From assembly GCA_028534125.1 (NCBI GenBank), contig CM052845.1, forward strand, positions 24,118,001 to 24,182,000: DNA of 64,000 bases, read 5' to 3'. The translations under genes and the position numbers were made by a program. This document shows, in pieces, positions 1-12,949 of this stretch; position 1 is the stretch's first letter, and every line of letters starts with the position of its first letter. Below the pieces are notes generated by a model. The model was not told the origin of the DNA and made no database searches. It saw only the letters and a list, made by a program, of their open reading frames with translations. Source of the stretch: Lama glama (lineage: Eukaryota).

Positions 1-1659
1 GTCAGGGAAAATCACCTCAAACTTTCCTTTTAAAAAGTGCTCTTACCCATGTGACTTCAAAATTGCCTATTTCAACCAAATAACTGTTTTGCTTAGGGCT
101 GCAGAGCTAAGATGCTCTCGAAAGGGCCACATCAATCATCCAGAATTGTCAGCCAAATTCAGATGCAGAATCAGTGTCATTAGGTTTGAAATCGGAGAGC
201 AGAACACAGCTTGAATCTTAGGGAGAAAAATCCTTTAATATATAAGCTAATCTCTGAAATCAAATTCCAGCTCAGTGTGTGAATACATTTGCACATAAGT
301 GCCCTCAGCTTTTTAGTGGCTTTTCCTGGTCTCCACCCACAAGCTACAGAGACCTCTGTTTTGCAAGGCCGGTATTTGCTGTCTCAGAGAAGGGCCGCTC
401 TGAACCAGACTGCCGTTTGCGCCGCAGATAACCGACGGCCTAAGACGGGCAGGGGAGAATGGGCCGGGTGTCACCACGTGAGGGGGCTCCCCTCATTCTG
501 CACCTGCTGAGTCCTCGCGCCGCGCGCCGGGGTGGCTTCTCGTACCGCCTTCCGCTCGCGTCTCCTCTGCGGAGCGAACGCGTGTTTGGAGTCTTGCTTT
601 GCCTCCATCGTGCTCACAGTTGCCCCGATACCGCCTGCTCTCCGCCCTTCTGTCAGCTCAGGGAGGCGGTCCTCGGCAGCCCTCCCAGGCCTCTGAGGCG
701 TGTCCGTGGCGGCGACCACATGGTCCCTTCCAGGAGCCCGTGTCTGCGCCCAGCGGCTGCTCCTCGAGGGTCGCGTCTCCCGGACGCGACGCCTCCGCTT
801 TAGTCTGGGTCCCGTGCCGGTGCCGTCACCCTTTCCTCCGAGTCCTGGCTGTTTTTCTTGCTCGGTCTCCTCTTTGGCGTCACAAGGGCCTGGGTGCCCT
901 TAGACCTTGGTTCGTGCCTAAGAACGGGACGCTGACGCTGTCGCTGCAGCGTTTCACTGTCCCTGGAGCTCGGTGTTTGGCTGGTGGGCCTCGTGTTTCA
1001 GGGAAGCCGGGGTTTCGCTGGGAACGTCGGTGTCAGCGCTGTGGGGTGTCTTCTCAGCCTCCACCCGCGTTCTCCGCAGAAGGATCGCCCCTGGTGACTC
1101 ATCTCCCCGCAGATACCCTGACGGTTGCCTGAGGGCGATTCCCATCAGGGGTTACAGATACTCCGCCGGTCCGCCCAGTGCCCGTCTCTCGCCTCCACCT
1201 GCCTCCCCGGCCTGGCCTGGCAAGTCGGCCTGCTGTCATTCCCGAAGGAGACAGACCCACCGTCTCTTGTGTGCACTGCCGCTGAAGTGGGACGCTGAGG
1301 GCAGAGCCGTCCGGCAGCGGGAGGCAGGGGAGGGGCTGGGTTCTCACTTCTCTTTCAGTCACTTACAACCAATACTGCAGGGGTGGGTGGCCCCGGGGGC
1401 CCCTGCTCCTTTCAGAGTCAGGGCTCAGCCAGGTCAGCCAACAGTCCCCCACCCGTCCACCGCCTCTGGTCTTTCGGGAAGGTAGTAACTCCTGTCTGCG
1501 GCCCTCCCTCTCTACATGCCCTTCTCACCATCAATATTATTATTGTATTTTTTGGCATTTTTGGAGGAACAGTGATTAAATGTGTAATTTAATTGGCATG
1601 TCCTGATATATCAAATTTAGATTAAGAAATGGCATGATTCCCAAATTTGGGATGGTAAG

Positions 1660-1702
1660 CACACCACACACACGCGTGCACACACACACACACACACACA
1701 CA
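1660..1702. repeat. (CA)n microsatellite
   Basis: cacaccacacacacgcgtgcacacacacacacacacacacaca. Confidence 0.9.
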
Positions 1703-2969
1703 CTCGCCCTTACACGCAATGCCATCCTGTATTTTCTACTTTTTCTGTTCTTAGATGTTTAATTATGAATGTTAGTGTGTCAGTTTGTTCCTACCAAGTC
1801 TTTTTTTTTTTTCAGTAACTGATGTGAAAAATGGCATATTGTAGGCAACACAGGGTAAAACACAAAGTTATTACGCAGTTACATGGAAGCTCCCCAAGTG
1901 GGAAGTCAGGCTGATGGTCGGATTGCGTCTCTGGCTAAGCCAGTAGACAGACTCCCAGAGTCATCAAGGTGGCATTCTGGAGATACGGATCAAAATTCTT
2001 AAGCGCTTAAGGCTGGATGGAGCTCGAGAAGAAATGAGCCGAACAGGTGGAGAGAAGCCTCTGCCACTGGAAGATCTGCTGGACGAGACGCGCACGGGGG
2101 CCATCTTGCTTTATGAGAACAAGGCTGAGGTGCAGAAACTGGGACTGTTCAGCTTAGTCAGTGATGTCCAGCACGCGTGGCATCTTTCCCCAAGCAGCAC
2201 AGGGCAGCAGCCGACTTCTCCCTTGGGCCGTCCAGCTGGGCTGGTCTGTCGTGTGGCACGCTGCTGCCCCAAGGAGCCTGGAGAGGGAGTGGTGCCGTTG
2301 AGCAGACACCAACCTCAAAGGCCTCTGAGAAGCAGAAGAATAGAGGTTGTCACCAAAAGGATGCGCGACCAAGCCCAGCGCTCAGTCACTCCGACACGAC
2401 AAACTACACAGAAAGGGTGATGAACGTACACCGGACCTGCAGGCTTAGTTTTTAGCGGGGCTCTCCTGAGAGAAGCAGACACACACACCCACACACACCT
2501 CAGTACTGAGAACGTGATGATGATTGCGAATTATCTTTCTTGCGTTTTTTTCTGTTTCCTACTTTTTTTTTTCCTTTCGACTACAATCTTTCCCCTTTGT
2601 GCTAAAAAATTACTACTTTGCTGGAGATGATCTCAGACAATAAAACAAAACTAAGAAATGTTCCATTTTATCCTTTGGTAGAGTATCTGGAGTATTATTC
2701 CAGTTTCAGGGAATTGCTAGATCTTCACAGTTTTCCGAGCATAACTCCATTTATCTGTGCTCTTTACAACTTTGTTAGTAGTTACTTTTCCGTAAAAGTT
2801 TACACGTTTACATTTTAAAATCCAACAAACAGTAGGAATGCAATTATTCTTTAAACTGTTGCATGGATCTTCTGTACTGAATATACTTGTACCAAACAAA
2901 AGCTGGTTGGAGAAAAAACACAAGCAAAAACAATTATGGACATTTCGAAGAGCAGGTGTTTAGGAACAG

Positions 2970-3375
2970 GTTTTAGGAATTGGCTGCTGTGAGAGTGGGG
3001 CTGGCAAGTCTGAAAGCCATGGGGCTGGCAAGTCTGAAAGCCATGGGGCCTGTGGGAGTCTGGAAATCGAGACAAGAATTGATGTTGCCTCTGAATCTGA
3101 AATTTGCAGGCTTGCAATACCCAGGCCAGTTCTCTGTTGTGTGGTCTGGAGGCAGAACTCCTTCTTCAGGAAGCCTCAGCCCTTTCTCTTAAGGACTTCG
3201 ACTGATTAGACGAGGCCCACCCATATTATGGTGGCTAATCTGCTTCACTCAACATCTACTAATTTAAACGTTAGTGACTTTGCAAGAAATAGCTTCACAG
3301 TGACATCTAGACGAGTGTTTGAACAAACCACTGGACCCCATGGCCTCACCAAACTGACACAGAATATTACTTAGA
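2970..3375. mobile_element. MLT2-type (ERVL) LTR remnant, with an internal 24-bp tandem duplication at 2996-3049
   Basis: Diagnostic motifs ggaattggct...gctggcaagtc..., ctggaggcagaactccttctt, gactgattagacgaggcccacccatattatgg, catctagacgagtgtttga...aaactgacaca resemble the MLT2 consensus as recalled. Confidence 0.8.
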
Positions 3376-5324
3376 CATTACACTTCTAAAAAGAGTTCCC
3401 TGTCTGCTCCCACGTGAGGCAACTTCTTCCTGGGTTATCCCTTCCTTCGAAAGATGAAGAATTGTATTTGTCATGACCACACAGACCCTTAGGTTGAATG
3501 AGGCCCTCAAGGTCTTCAGGTCCAGCCCTTGTTGAGTGAGATGCTCTAAGTCACTTTGCAGCAAGGTAGACTTCTTATTTTATTTTGACTCATGTGTCTG
3601 CATTAGAGTAGGTAAACTTACTATTAAATTATCCTTTCCCTTGGAGACAGAAAGAAAGGGAAAGAGAAGGATGAACACATACTTAGGGAACAAAAGAATG
3701 GGGTGGGATCTGGTTTCAGGGGAACATTTCTGGCTTAAATCCTCTCGAACAGCCCAGCAGAGATTGTGAAGCTCACTTTCCACATGGTCAGGGCACGTGA
3801 TTTGTTCATGTCTCAGATCCCTAAGCACAGAAGACAGCTTTCTTTTTTTTCTTGCCAAACTCCCCAAAATACATGGAGAAATCCTTTAACAACTTCAAAG
3901 ACCCTGGAGCAAGACGGGAAGGATAAACAAGGAAATGATAAAAGCCCTCTCGGAAACTCACGTCCAAAATGTTGATGGACATCCTGTGCGTGGAGGGAAG
4001 AACTGCGTCCTTGTTACGAAGCAGCTTACTTTTCGGTTCCTGTCCGGCACAAGGGAATTGGACTCCGACTGGGCTTTGTATTGCCTATCAGTGAAACACA
4101 TAAAACATCTCCTTACTTAACCGTACTGAGGAACGAATAGGATTTAGTTCCTTTGAAATCACGTATTTGATTTTTTTAAATTTATGTATCTTCATTTGCA
4201 CATTTTAGAAGATTGCTTTCCCACTTGTATTTTATAGGTTTGTTGTTTCGTGGTGGGAAAAGGATTATTGCTCTCTGCGCTGAAAGGGGAAGTATCCATC
4301 TGCATTACGTGTGAAGAGAAGACCATAGACTTGATGTTTCTAGTTCATTCTATTAAGATAAATTATTATTTATCTTCTGGGCTTTCGAATTTACATGAAG
4401 AGTCCGTATGATTTATGGTCGGGAGATCTGTCTGGAGTGTGATTTGGTGCCATAGAAGGCACTAATTTAGGAGCAATTGCTTCTCCCTCAAAAACACATT
4501 TTTAAAAATCGATGTATAATTTGCCATTCAGAAAATAAGTGAAGACTTTAAAAGGAAAGAAGAAATAGCAGAATTATGTTTGTAGTTGTACATGTTTTGC
4601 TTTCAATGTGCTGCAATAATATTCTGTTCTGAAAAGATTAAAGAATCACTTTACCAAAGGTGTTAAAATACCTCAAACATGCTATTTCACCAAAAAGACA
4701 ACCATCTTGTAATATTTATTTATATAACCTTACCATTAAAAAGTTGCTTTCTTTTAAATTTCATGAGCATAGAATTTCACACTGAACATTTAAATGTAAG
4801 AAACATGAGTTTTCCCAAGCATGTGACTTTTTAATAGCGAGGACCACCTTTATATTTTTCTCATATGCCAAAGAACAACAAGTATTCACCATCTGTGATG
4901 GGGTCTTGCATTACTTAAAACCAGAGTTGCTTGAGGCTGTATTGCTAAAATATTCTAAAGGGGCTTCTTACGATTTGGCTGGAAGCCCCCCACCCCCACT
5001 GTCATTCAGAGAAATGAATCCAGGACACCAGCAAGCTCCACATCTGGTGACGGCTGCTGGGCTCAGGGAGCAGGGAGACAGAGGAGAGGACACGCCGAGC
5101 AGAGCACAGCCTGGCTGTGGCGGCATCACTCCCGCCCACACTTCACCGGCTACCACGAGTCACAGGCCAAGTCTGCAGTCACGGGAGGAGTGATCGTGGT
5201 CGCTCCGGAGCGAGAGGAGAGCAGGATATCGTGACTCTCCGTGCAGCCGTCCCCGCCGCCCCGAGGAGCCAGGGCTAAGGGCGGGTGCTCTGGGGGTGGA
5301 CATCAGGGCTGGCGTCCCTGCACC

Positions 5325-5415
5325 ACCCCTTATTAGCTGTCTGGTCCTGGGGCAGGTGGCTCAAGCTCTCCAGGTCTCCGTTTCCTCATCTGTAAAACTA
5401 AGATGATGAAAATGG
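5325..5415 (+). mobile_element. MIR SINE core fragment
   Basis: ttattagctgt...ggcaggtggctcaagctctcc...tccgtttcctcatctgtaaaa. Confidence 0.7.
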
Positions 5416-5958
5416 TTGTCGTTCAATGCATTTTCAATTATTCCAAGTTTTACTTTTAAAATATTTCTCTTTTAATTGGTCCACCTCCATTTTTAGAAGC
5501 AAACCACCGAAGTGCAAGGTTTTTCTTTCCAGAGAGGTTTTGGGGTTTAAGTGTACTAATCGTGAAACACGCATAGCAGCCAAGGTTTCAAAGCAGAGCC
5601 CAGTCTGCATGCAAAATCCCAGGATGCAAATGTAACTGTCTAAATCGGAAACAAAGTAATTCAGGGAAAAAAAAAAGGACATTGCAGCCACGGAGATCAC
5701 TTCCAGGTAGCCTTCTGTGCCCCATAAATCAGCTTTAAAAATGTGCTCTTGGCTGTAGCTTGGCACTCTGGGTGGAAGACTCTGAGCATTCTTTTTATCA
5801 AATGTGAAAGAAATGCAGCCCCGGTTTTTAAGTGAGAGAAGGAAAGAAAAAGAACGTACTGCTTTGAAATGCTTTTTGGTTCCGTTATAATTCAAAACCA
5901 TCGACGGCAGTTACAGTGCCTCTTGCTAACATAGCTTGTAGCTCAGTCTTCAAATCCT

Positions 5959-6002
5959 CTTTATTTATTTATTATTTATTTATTATTATTTATTTATTTT
6001 TT
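5959..6002. repeat. (TTTA/TTA)n simple repeat
   Basis: tttatttatttattatttatttattattatttatttatttttt. Confidence 0.85.
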
Positions 6003-7488
6003 GGTACAAAAGTCAGAAAATGGCCATCACTCGCCGCAAACACTTAGAGCAATTCACGTCCCCATGGAGGATGTCTGCCTAGCTTTAAAACTCAACTCCA
6101 GAGCAAATCACCTTTCTTTAAGGTTAATGATTACTAACTTAGCTTAAAAATGGAAATGTCTTCTTGATGTCGTTAAAACTTGCACCAAATTTTGGCGGTG
6201 TCAGTCACAGACGGTCCTTGGGCCCCTCTGTTGTGGGCTTTTTCAGCCTCAAGAAACTTTAATAACTGCATCTGGCAGGCGCGCTCCCCATCCAGCCAGT
6301 GGAATCCGAATTACCACACTACTGGCCGAAGAGTCACATGTTTCCAAAATTCCCGCTTCTATCACGCGGTGAGGTGGGAAGATTTGTTCAATTGAAACTG
6401 AAGACAGAGCCAGCACTTCGCTGCATCAGTGCCGTGCTCCCTCCACGCGCTGTCTGTACTTTCCCGTCCCTCCCTGGACAACCGTTCTCAGCCTCCCTCA
6501 CCAGCCAGGCCCAGCCCTGCACCCACTCCAGGCCGCCTGCGCCTGCGCCTTCCTGCCCCAGGCGCCGTCCTCCCTGCGCTGCCTCCTGCACCGGGCCCCC
6601 CGCCGGCCGGGCACTCACCCGGCGAGGCCGTACGTGCTCCCTTGCGTTGGGCGAACCCTGCAAGAATAGCCGTCTCCTCTGAGTTCCCGGCAGGACGTGT
6701 CCTCGCTACTCAGTTCAGCGGTCGAGGAAGAGGCGTCTGGTGTGTGAGGACACAGCCCGAGAGGGATTCGCAGCAGAGCCTGAGTAAGTCCCGTGTCGCC
6801 ACAAGTGCTGATTTGATTCCAGCCAATCCCTACGCTCCCGGAACGCACGGAGCACCCTCGCCTGCTGGCGCCGTTCTTTACGCTAAGTGCTTAATGACTA
6901 CACTTGGACGTAACAGGAACCAGTCTCCTTCCCCATATCTGGGTTCCTTGATTTCTCTTCCAAGGAGGCAGGTGGTTTCGTTGCCCTGTAAGTGAAGAGG
7001 GGGTTGCACAGATCCGCGGAGAACGCGCTTTCTCTTCCTGTGCCCGCGGGTCCTGAGTATTGTCTTAAGTGGCCTCATTTGCCAGGAGTCAGCGTCTCCC
7101 AAATCTGGCCGGGAATCGGATTTCTCTTTAGAGACTGTTTAAAATAAAAATGCAGCTCCTGGACCCCTGCAGCCTGAGTCACCATCTGCATGTTGCGCCG
7201 TGAATGAGCGCTGACTAGGATCCGGGCCCCCGGGTCCTCCCTAAAGACACTAAACTGGACAGGTACAGGTGGCCCTTGCTCTGAAGAGCTTCAAGGTTAA
7301 TGGGGGAGGAGGCGTTTTCATACAGACACTGAAGGCTTAATTCGTTTTATGCTGAGGGCCTGACCGTCCGTGGTTTTGGCACACGAGCTGAACCACACGG
7401 TGTCCAATGAGCTCACTTAGTATCCAGTTTGGGGTGACTGACGCATTAACTGGGGTGGAAATTGTGATGTTTCCAAAAACAAATGAAC

Positions 7489-7523
7489 GCTTGGAGGACC
7501 TGCTTGGAGGACCTGCTTGGAGG
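7489..7523. repeat. 13-bp tandem repeat, ~2.7 copies
   Basis: gcttggaggacct gcttggaggacct gcttggagg. Confidence 0.85.
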
Positions 7524-8264
7524 GGTTATTTAGTCTCTGAAAAAAATAAAGCCTCAACAAATCCAGCCTTGGGCATAATAGACAAGACCCTCATGTGGTT
7601 GACTCACCCCTTTTAAAGGCCGTTCTTGACGTCGGCACTTACGCAAACCATAGAAACCAGCCTTTCTCCTGGAGAGACACAGACCGTCTGTCTCCTGGAC
7701 TCTGATAAAGTCCCAGACATACCAGGATGACTTGTGGAGATAAGTTTTAAATGCTCCTTTGGGTATTAGCGAGTATTGACTTGGAATTTATGATAAGGCA
7801 GAAACCAGCTTATAAAAATATGTAAGAACTGTCATAGCCAGGATTTAAATGAATCCACTGATAAATAAAAAGTTATTGACATCCTCCCGCCAAAACGCAG
7901 TCTCTCAGATCCTTCCTTATCGACAGACACCAGACAGGCACTAATAAAAACACTTTCTGTAGCCACAATACTGTGCTTTGGGGAAAGGGGAACAGGCCCC
8001 TTTAAACCTGATATTTCATGATTCATAATTAAGACGCCTCTAACATTCTCTTCCTTGTTTCTTTAAATATCTGAGTTATGCTTTAAGATTATAAGTTAAA
8101 TATTTCAGTTTCTTCTTCAGGTCGTTGATGTGATTCTCGAGGGCGGCCATTTAACGATGCTTCATGTGAAAAGCCTGTGCTCACGTCCTGCTCTGCACAG
8201 AAGTGCGCACGGGGGCAGCTCTCCCTGGCATCGCGACTCTGTCCTGTCTTTGACAGAGTTAACT

Positions 8265-8878
8265 TTCTTTTTATTGAAATTTAGTTGATTTACAATGTTG
8301 TGTGAGTTTCTGGCGTACTTCACAGTGATTCAGTTACACATTTTTTTGAGATTCTTTCCATTATAGATCATCACAAGAGACCGAATGTGGTTCGCTGCGC
8401 TCTGCAGAAAGGCCTTGTTGTTCATCTATTTTATATATAGTAGTGTGTGTCTGCAAAGCCCAAACTCCTAATTTATCCCTCCCTGACCTCTGGCTCCCCT
8501 TTAGTAACTGTAAGTTTGTTTTCTGTGTCTGTGAGTCTCTTTCTGTTTTGTAAATAAGCTCGCGTGTATCATTTTTTTTTAGATTCTACATGTAAGTGAT
8601 ATCATATGATACTTGTCTTTCTGTGAGTTACTTCACTTAGTATGATCATCTCCAGGTCCATCCTTGTTGCTGCAAATGGCATTATTTCATTCTTTTTTAT
8701 GGCTGAGTAGTATTCCATTGTGTGTGTATATACACACACCACATCTTCTCTATCCATTCGTCTTGGATTTATCCTGGCTGTTGTAAATGGTGCTGCTATG
8801 AACACTGGGGTGCATGTATCTTTCCCAATTAGAGTTTCTAGATACTCGCCCAGAAGTGGGATTGCTGGATCACATGTA
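8265..8878 (-). mobile_element. LINE-1 3' end (ORF2 C-terminus plus 3'UTR), artiodactyl-type, truncated
   Basis: Minus-strand ORF contains DPAIPLLG...TCTPVFIAA...MEYYSAIKKNEIMPFAATRMDLEMIILSE (L1 ORF2p C-terminus); T-rich tail at ~8265. Confidence 0.92.
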
Positions 8879-9439
8879 ACAGTCACCTGTCCTTTAACAG
8901 CCAACACCCATGACCCTTCATCCCACGCGGCCATGCTGTCTTACCGCAGTAACCCCCGGCACACACATCCACTTTTATCTTCTCATCATGACGTGCCTGT
9001 CCCATTCACTGTCCTGACCCTGCACCCTGCCGGCTGACAGGCAGTTGGCCCATGACAGTGACACGTGTCTCCCCTCCCAAGGTGTGTGTGTGTCTTTCTT
9101 TTCATGGACCTTCTGAAACATCTGTGTCACGGGGACTCCAGGAGATTTTTCACAAGCCTTCAAACTAAACCACACAAGGGTCTGCCTGCCCTGAACTTAC
9201 TAGGAGCGACTGTGGGTTCTGTTCAGTTCTGGTTTGCCCTGGAATCAGGCTTCTGGAATTTCATTTACTTTTAGGGAAAAAAAAAATACATTTCTAAGGT
9301 CGGACAACCTTTTCTGGACCCGCAGGTCCACCGTTGTAAGTGACGGATTTCTCCTGCTTTGTGAAGTGGCCCATCGGAAACGTCTGTCATCCCAGTCAGT
9401 GACAGGCTCGTGCTGCGCAGCGGGGCAGAGCGCCGCCAT

Positions 9440-10072
9440 TGACATCACTTGTCCGAAGTGGGCTGGCGTGACCTGGTTTGAACGTAAAACGATTGAGCCA
9501 TTGCGTGAGGAGTATGGACGTTCCCCAAAAAGCTTAAATAGAGTTATCAGGTGATCCAACTATTTCATTTCTGGGTGTTTATCCAGAAGGATTCAAAGCA
9601 AGATCTGGAGAGATATCAGCACCCCCACATTCACAGCAGCCCAAGTCCCAGCAGCTGAGAGGTGGAACCAGCACAAAGGGCCCCGGACAGACGAGTGGGT
9701 GGAGGACATGTGATCCATCCCTCTAGTGGAAGGTCGTGAAGCCTCAAAAAAAGGGGCTCCTGTCTCAAGCTGCAGCACGGACGAGCCTTGAGGATGCTGC
9801 AGAGTGACACGAGCCAGCCACAAGGGCAAATGTGGTAGGATTCCAGTTTCACGAGGAACCCGGAGTGGTCAGATCCACAGGCAGAAAGCAGGATGCTGGG
9901 TTCAGGGCTGGGGGCAGGGAGAACGGAGGACGTGTGTTTATCCAGGTTGCCGGATGGGAGCGTTTGGAGGTCTGTCGCACGGCCACGGGCTGTCCTGACA
10001 CCACTGAGCTGCACTCCGCAGGGCTTCCATGGGTAAATCGGACATTCTGTTTTTCACCACAAATTTAAAAAA
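9440..10072 (+). mobile_element. Old LINE-1 (L1MB-like) 3' fragment, strongly diverged
   Basis: aaaagcttaaatagagttatc.ggtgatcca..tatttca.ttctgggt.tttatcc...; ...gagccagccacaagg...ggattcca...cagaaagcagg...ggctggggg; ends ttttcaccacaaatttaaaaa. Confidence 0.75.
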
Positions 10073-12949
10073 TGCGTCAGTGTGATCTTATCCCTGAGAC
10101 TAAGCAGTTACTATTTAGAAACTAAGGTAGGTGTTTGGGGTCTGGTGGATTTAGGGTTGAGAAGTTGGGAGTTTGGAAGAGCTAGCAGTTTATCGGCACT
10201 TTGTGAGCGGAAACCACGTAAGCCATCACTCTTTATGGGGCCTTTTTTAATTCTCCTTAAGCATGGCCTTGAAACGCGGTGTGCGGGAGAATATATGAAT
10301 GCTGAATCACACATCCACGGCTGGGATACTTTATGAAGATTTTCTACAATCTAACTCTAAAGCAGCACCAGGAAAAGAACACCTTCATTCTGCTTGACAC
10401 GAAATGATGCTGCCGTGCGTGGAGTCCGCACAGATGCTGCTAAGCAATGCGGGCGCCTTAGGCCAGCGTGTCCGCCTGCCCTCGGCATCCCTGCAGAGGT
10501 GCTGCTTCAGGAGGCACGTTGCTGACACGCCTCCAGATAGGCCCAGCGGAGCCCCCTGTGCGTTGAAGTAATGGAAGAATGAGATGACGTTTAGACCACA
10601 CGGCCCCCCAGGTTTGGAGGCATGGGTACCACGGGGCGTCACCACTCGGAAGCACAGAATATTTACACGCACACGAGTGAGCAGGGGTCCCCTTAGTCAC
10701 GTAGCCTCCACGTCCCTGGACAGAGAGCAGCTCAGAACTGCCCGGCGGTGCGGAGGCCGAGCGAGGGGCCGGCCCCGAACAGAAGAGGGGCCCTGCTGCC
10801 ACCCAGCACAGACGGGCAGCGAAGGCAACACTCAGCCAGTAGTTACGTTAAAATGGGGAGACTCTTGTAGAGAGAAGGCAGAGTGGGGCCCATCCTAGTC
10901 TGGGGGTAAGAAAGGACGCACAGGGTGTTGGTGTCACTGAGGTGACACGGAGGGCTGGGAGGGAGGAAAGGACCCGCTGGCGGGAAGGAGCCGGGGTCTG
11001 GGGTCAGGTGACCCTCTCCGCATGGGGCAGCGGGACCGGCCGTGGGAGATGCACGCCCCCAGGGCTGCAGCGGGCATTTTCCCAAGGGCAGGTGAGGGTC
11101 AGGAAACAGTTTTCACATAAAGACTGTTTTGAAGAGGCCTCCTGCCTGCCCTGGGGACACTCCTGAGGGCGGTCGTGAGCAGACACGGGGGCGGCCGGGA
11201 CCTGTCGCCGTCACCCGGGGTCCGGCGCTTGTGACCGCAGAGCTGCCTGGGAGACACCTTGCTGACCTGCAGATGACCGTCTGTAACACGCAGCCCCGGC
11301 GCAGCGTCGGGCCCCACTTCGAGGGCATGAGAAGCAAAGGGTCGTGTCCCATGTCATTTGGGAAGTGGCAGGTAAGGTCCGGTCAGGTGCCTGGAACCGG
11401 GGGATCAGGCTGATTTGGGGACAGAGATGACATAATCACAACCTACAAAGCTTGGAAATGCCGTTCTCTGAAAAACTGTCTCGTTTGGGATGGCTTCCAA
11501 GAGCTGTCCCTGGGCTGGCCTTCCTTGGGTAGCGTAAGGCGTGGACTGGGGACCAGCAGAGCCACTGGAAGGTTATTGGCGACTCAGGGCACAGACACGC
11601 ACACGCAGGCACACACAAATGCACCCATGCACACGCAGGCACACACATGCACACACAGGCACACACACGCATCATTTCAAGACTGATCCCACCGACCGAC
11701 CCACCCCGCACTGGTGTGTTGCTTCTTGCTGCTTGAAAACCAGCACCAGGCAGCTGTCGGGTTGGAGAGCTCGGGGACTCCCAGCGTGGTTCTCAGGCCC
11801 TCCTTCGGTCATGACTGGCCAAGGACATCTGACTCTTCGCAGGCTCTGTCGCTGTGTCCCGGAGAGGGCGGTCCCTGTGGCTCCCGGGTTGCAGGAGAGG
11901 AGACAGGTCTCTGAGCCCGGTTTTCAGTGCTGGCGTAACCCACCGGCCTTTGGGGCCTGGTTTAGTTGCTCCTTCTTCCAGGGTTGAGGCTGGACGTTGC
12001 CGTGTGGTTTGGTGTCACCAGTGAGATGTCAGTGGGGCCCGTCCACAAGGAAAGCCCTCCAGAGTCCACACTCAGTCAGCAGGTAACGAGGCCCCAGCCT
12101 CCTGTCACGTGCCTGTCAGGCCCGGCCTCAGGGTCCCCAGTCCAGAGAGGTGTGTGGAGGTCCTGCCGACCTGAGCAGGAACGCAAGAGGCTTCCCTGTG
12201 CAACTACATGTGACCACCCACCACCCAGCCCCGGGCGGGGGGGGGGGGGCTGCCTCCTGGCACTGACACAGGGGCGCCGGGGCGGAGGCTGCAGAAGTGA
12301 CCGCATCCTGGCCCAGGGGGCGGATCTGGGCCAGGTGATCACGTAATCACGGCAAACGGGCTCACCTGCGACTTCCCTGAAACTAACCTGCAGTGTGCTG
12401 GGTTTTCTTTTTTTAATGAGCTGTGTGACTTAGAGCACGTTTACAGAAGCAGTGATGGAAAGGTGGTTGCGTATGACGATTTAAGCCCAAGTGTTGTCAT
12501 CATCCTGATCTGCTGATGTTCTGGGAACGACTCCCTCCAGGAAGCACGCAGTTGACAGCCTTTCTTTCGTTCGTGGCTTGTATCACAAAAGGGAGAGAAC
12601 TTTCACTCAGAGCATCACCTGTCATGACTGAGGACTTAATAGGAACAGAATAAGGCCACACGTCCCCCCGAGGTTCCGAAGTATTTGGACGACACCTAAC
12701 ACTCTTTACAGGAGGTTGGACTCCTTTGAGATGAGACGGGAAGTCTCCCTGAAGCATCCACTTACGAACAACACCTTGAAATCCTAATTTTTGCTGAAAT
12801 TTCATCAGCGTTCTTTCTCAAAGACTCATTTAAAATAAAGAAGAAAAACGCTTTATTCCTTAATTTGCAGAAAGCGAAAATTGACCACCTGCTTCGTCCT
12901 GAAACATCCAGGTACTTCAAATAAACAGGCACGTCTGAATCTCTGGGTG

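Noticed and set aside
8602-8934. 110-aa ORF as a gene
   Set aside because: It is the decayed C-terminus of LINE-1 ORF2p
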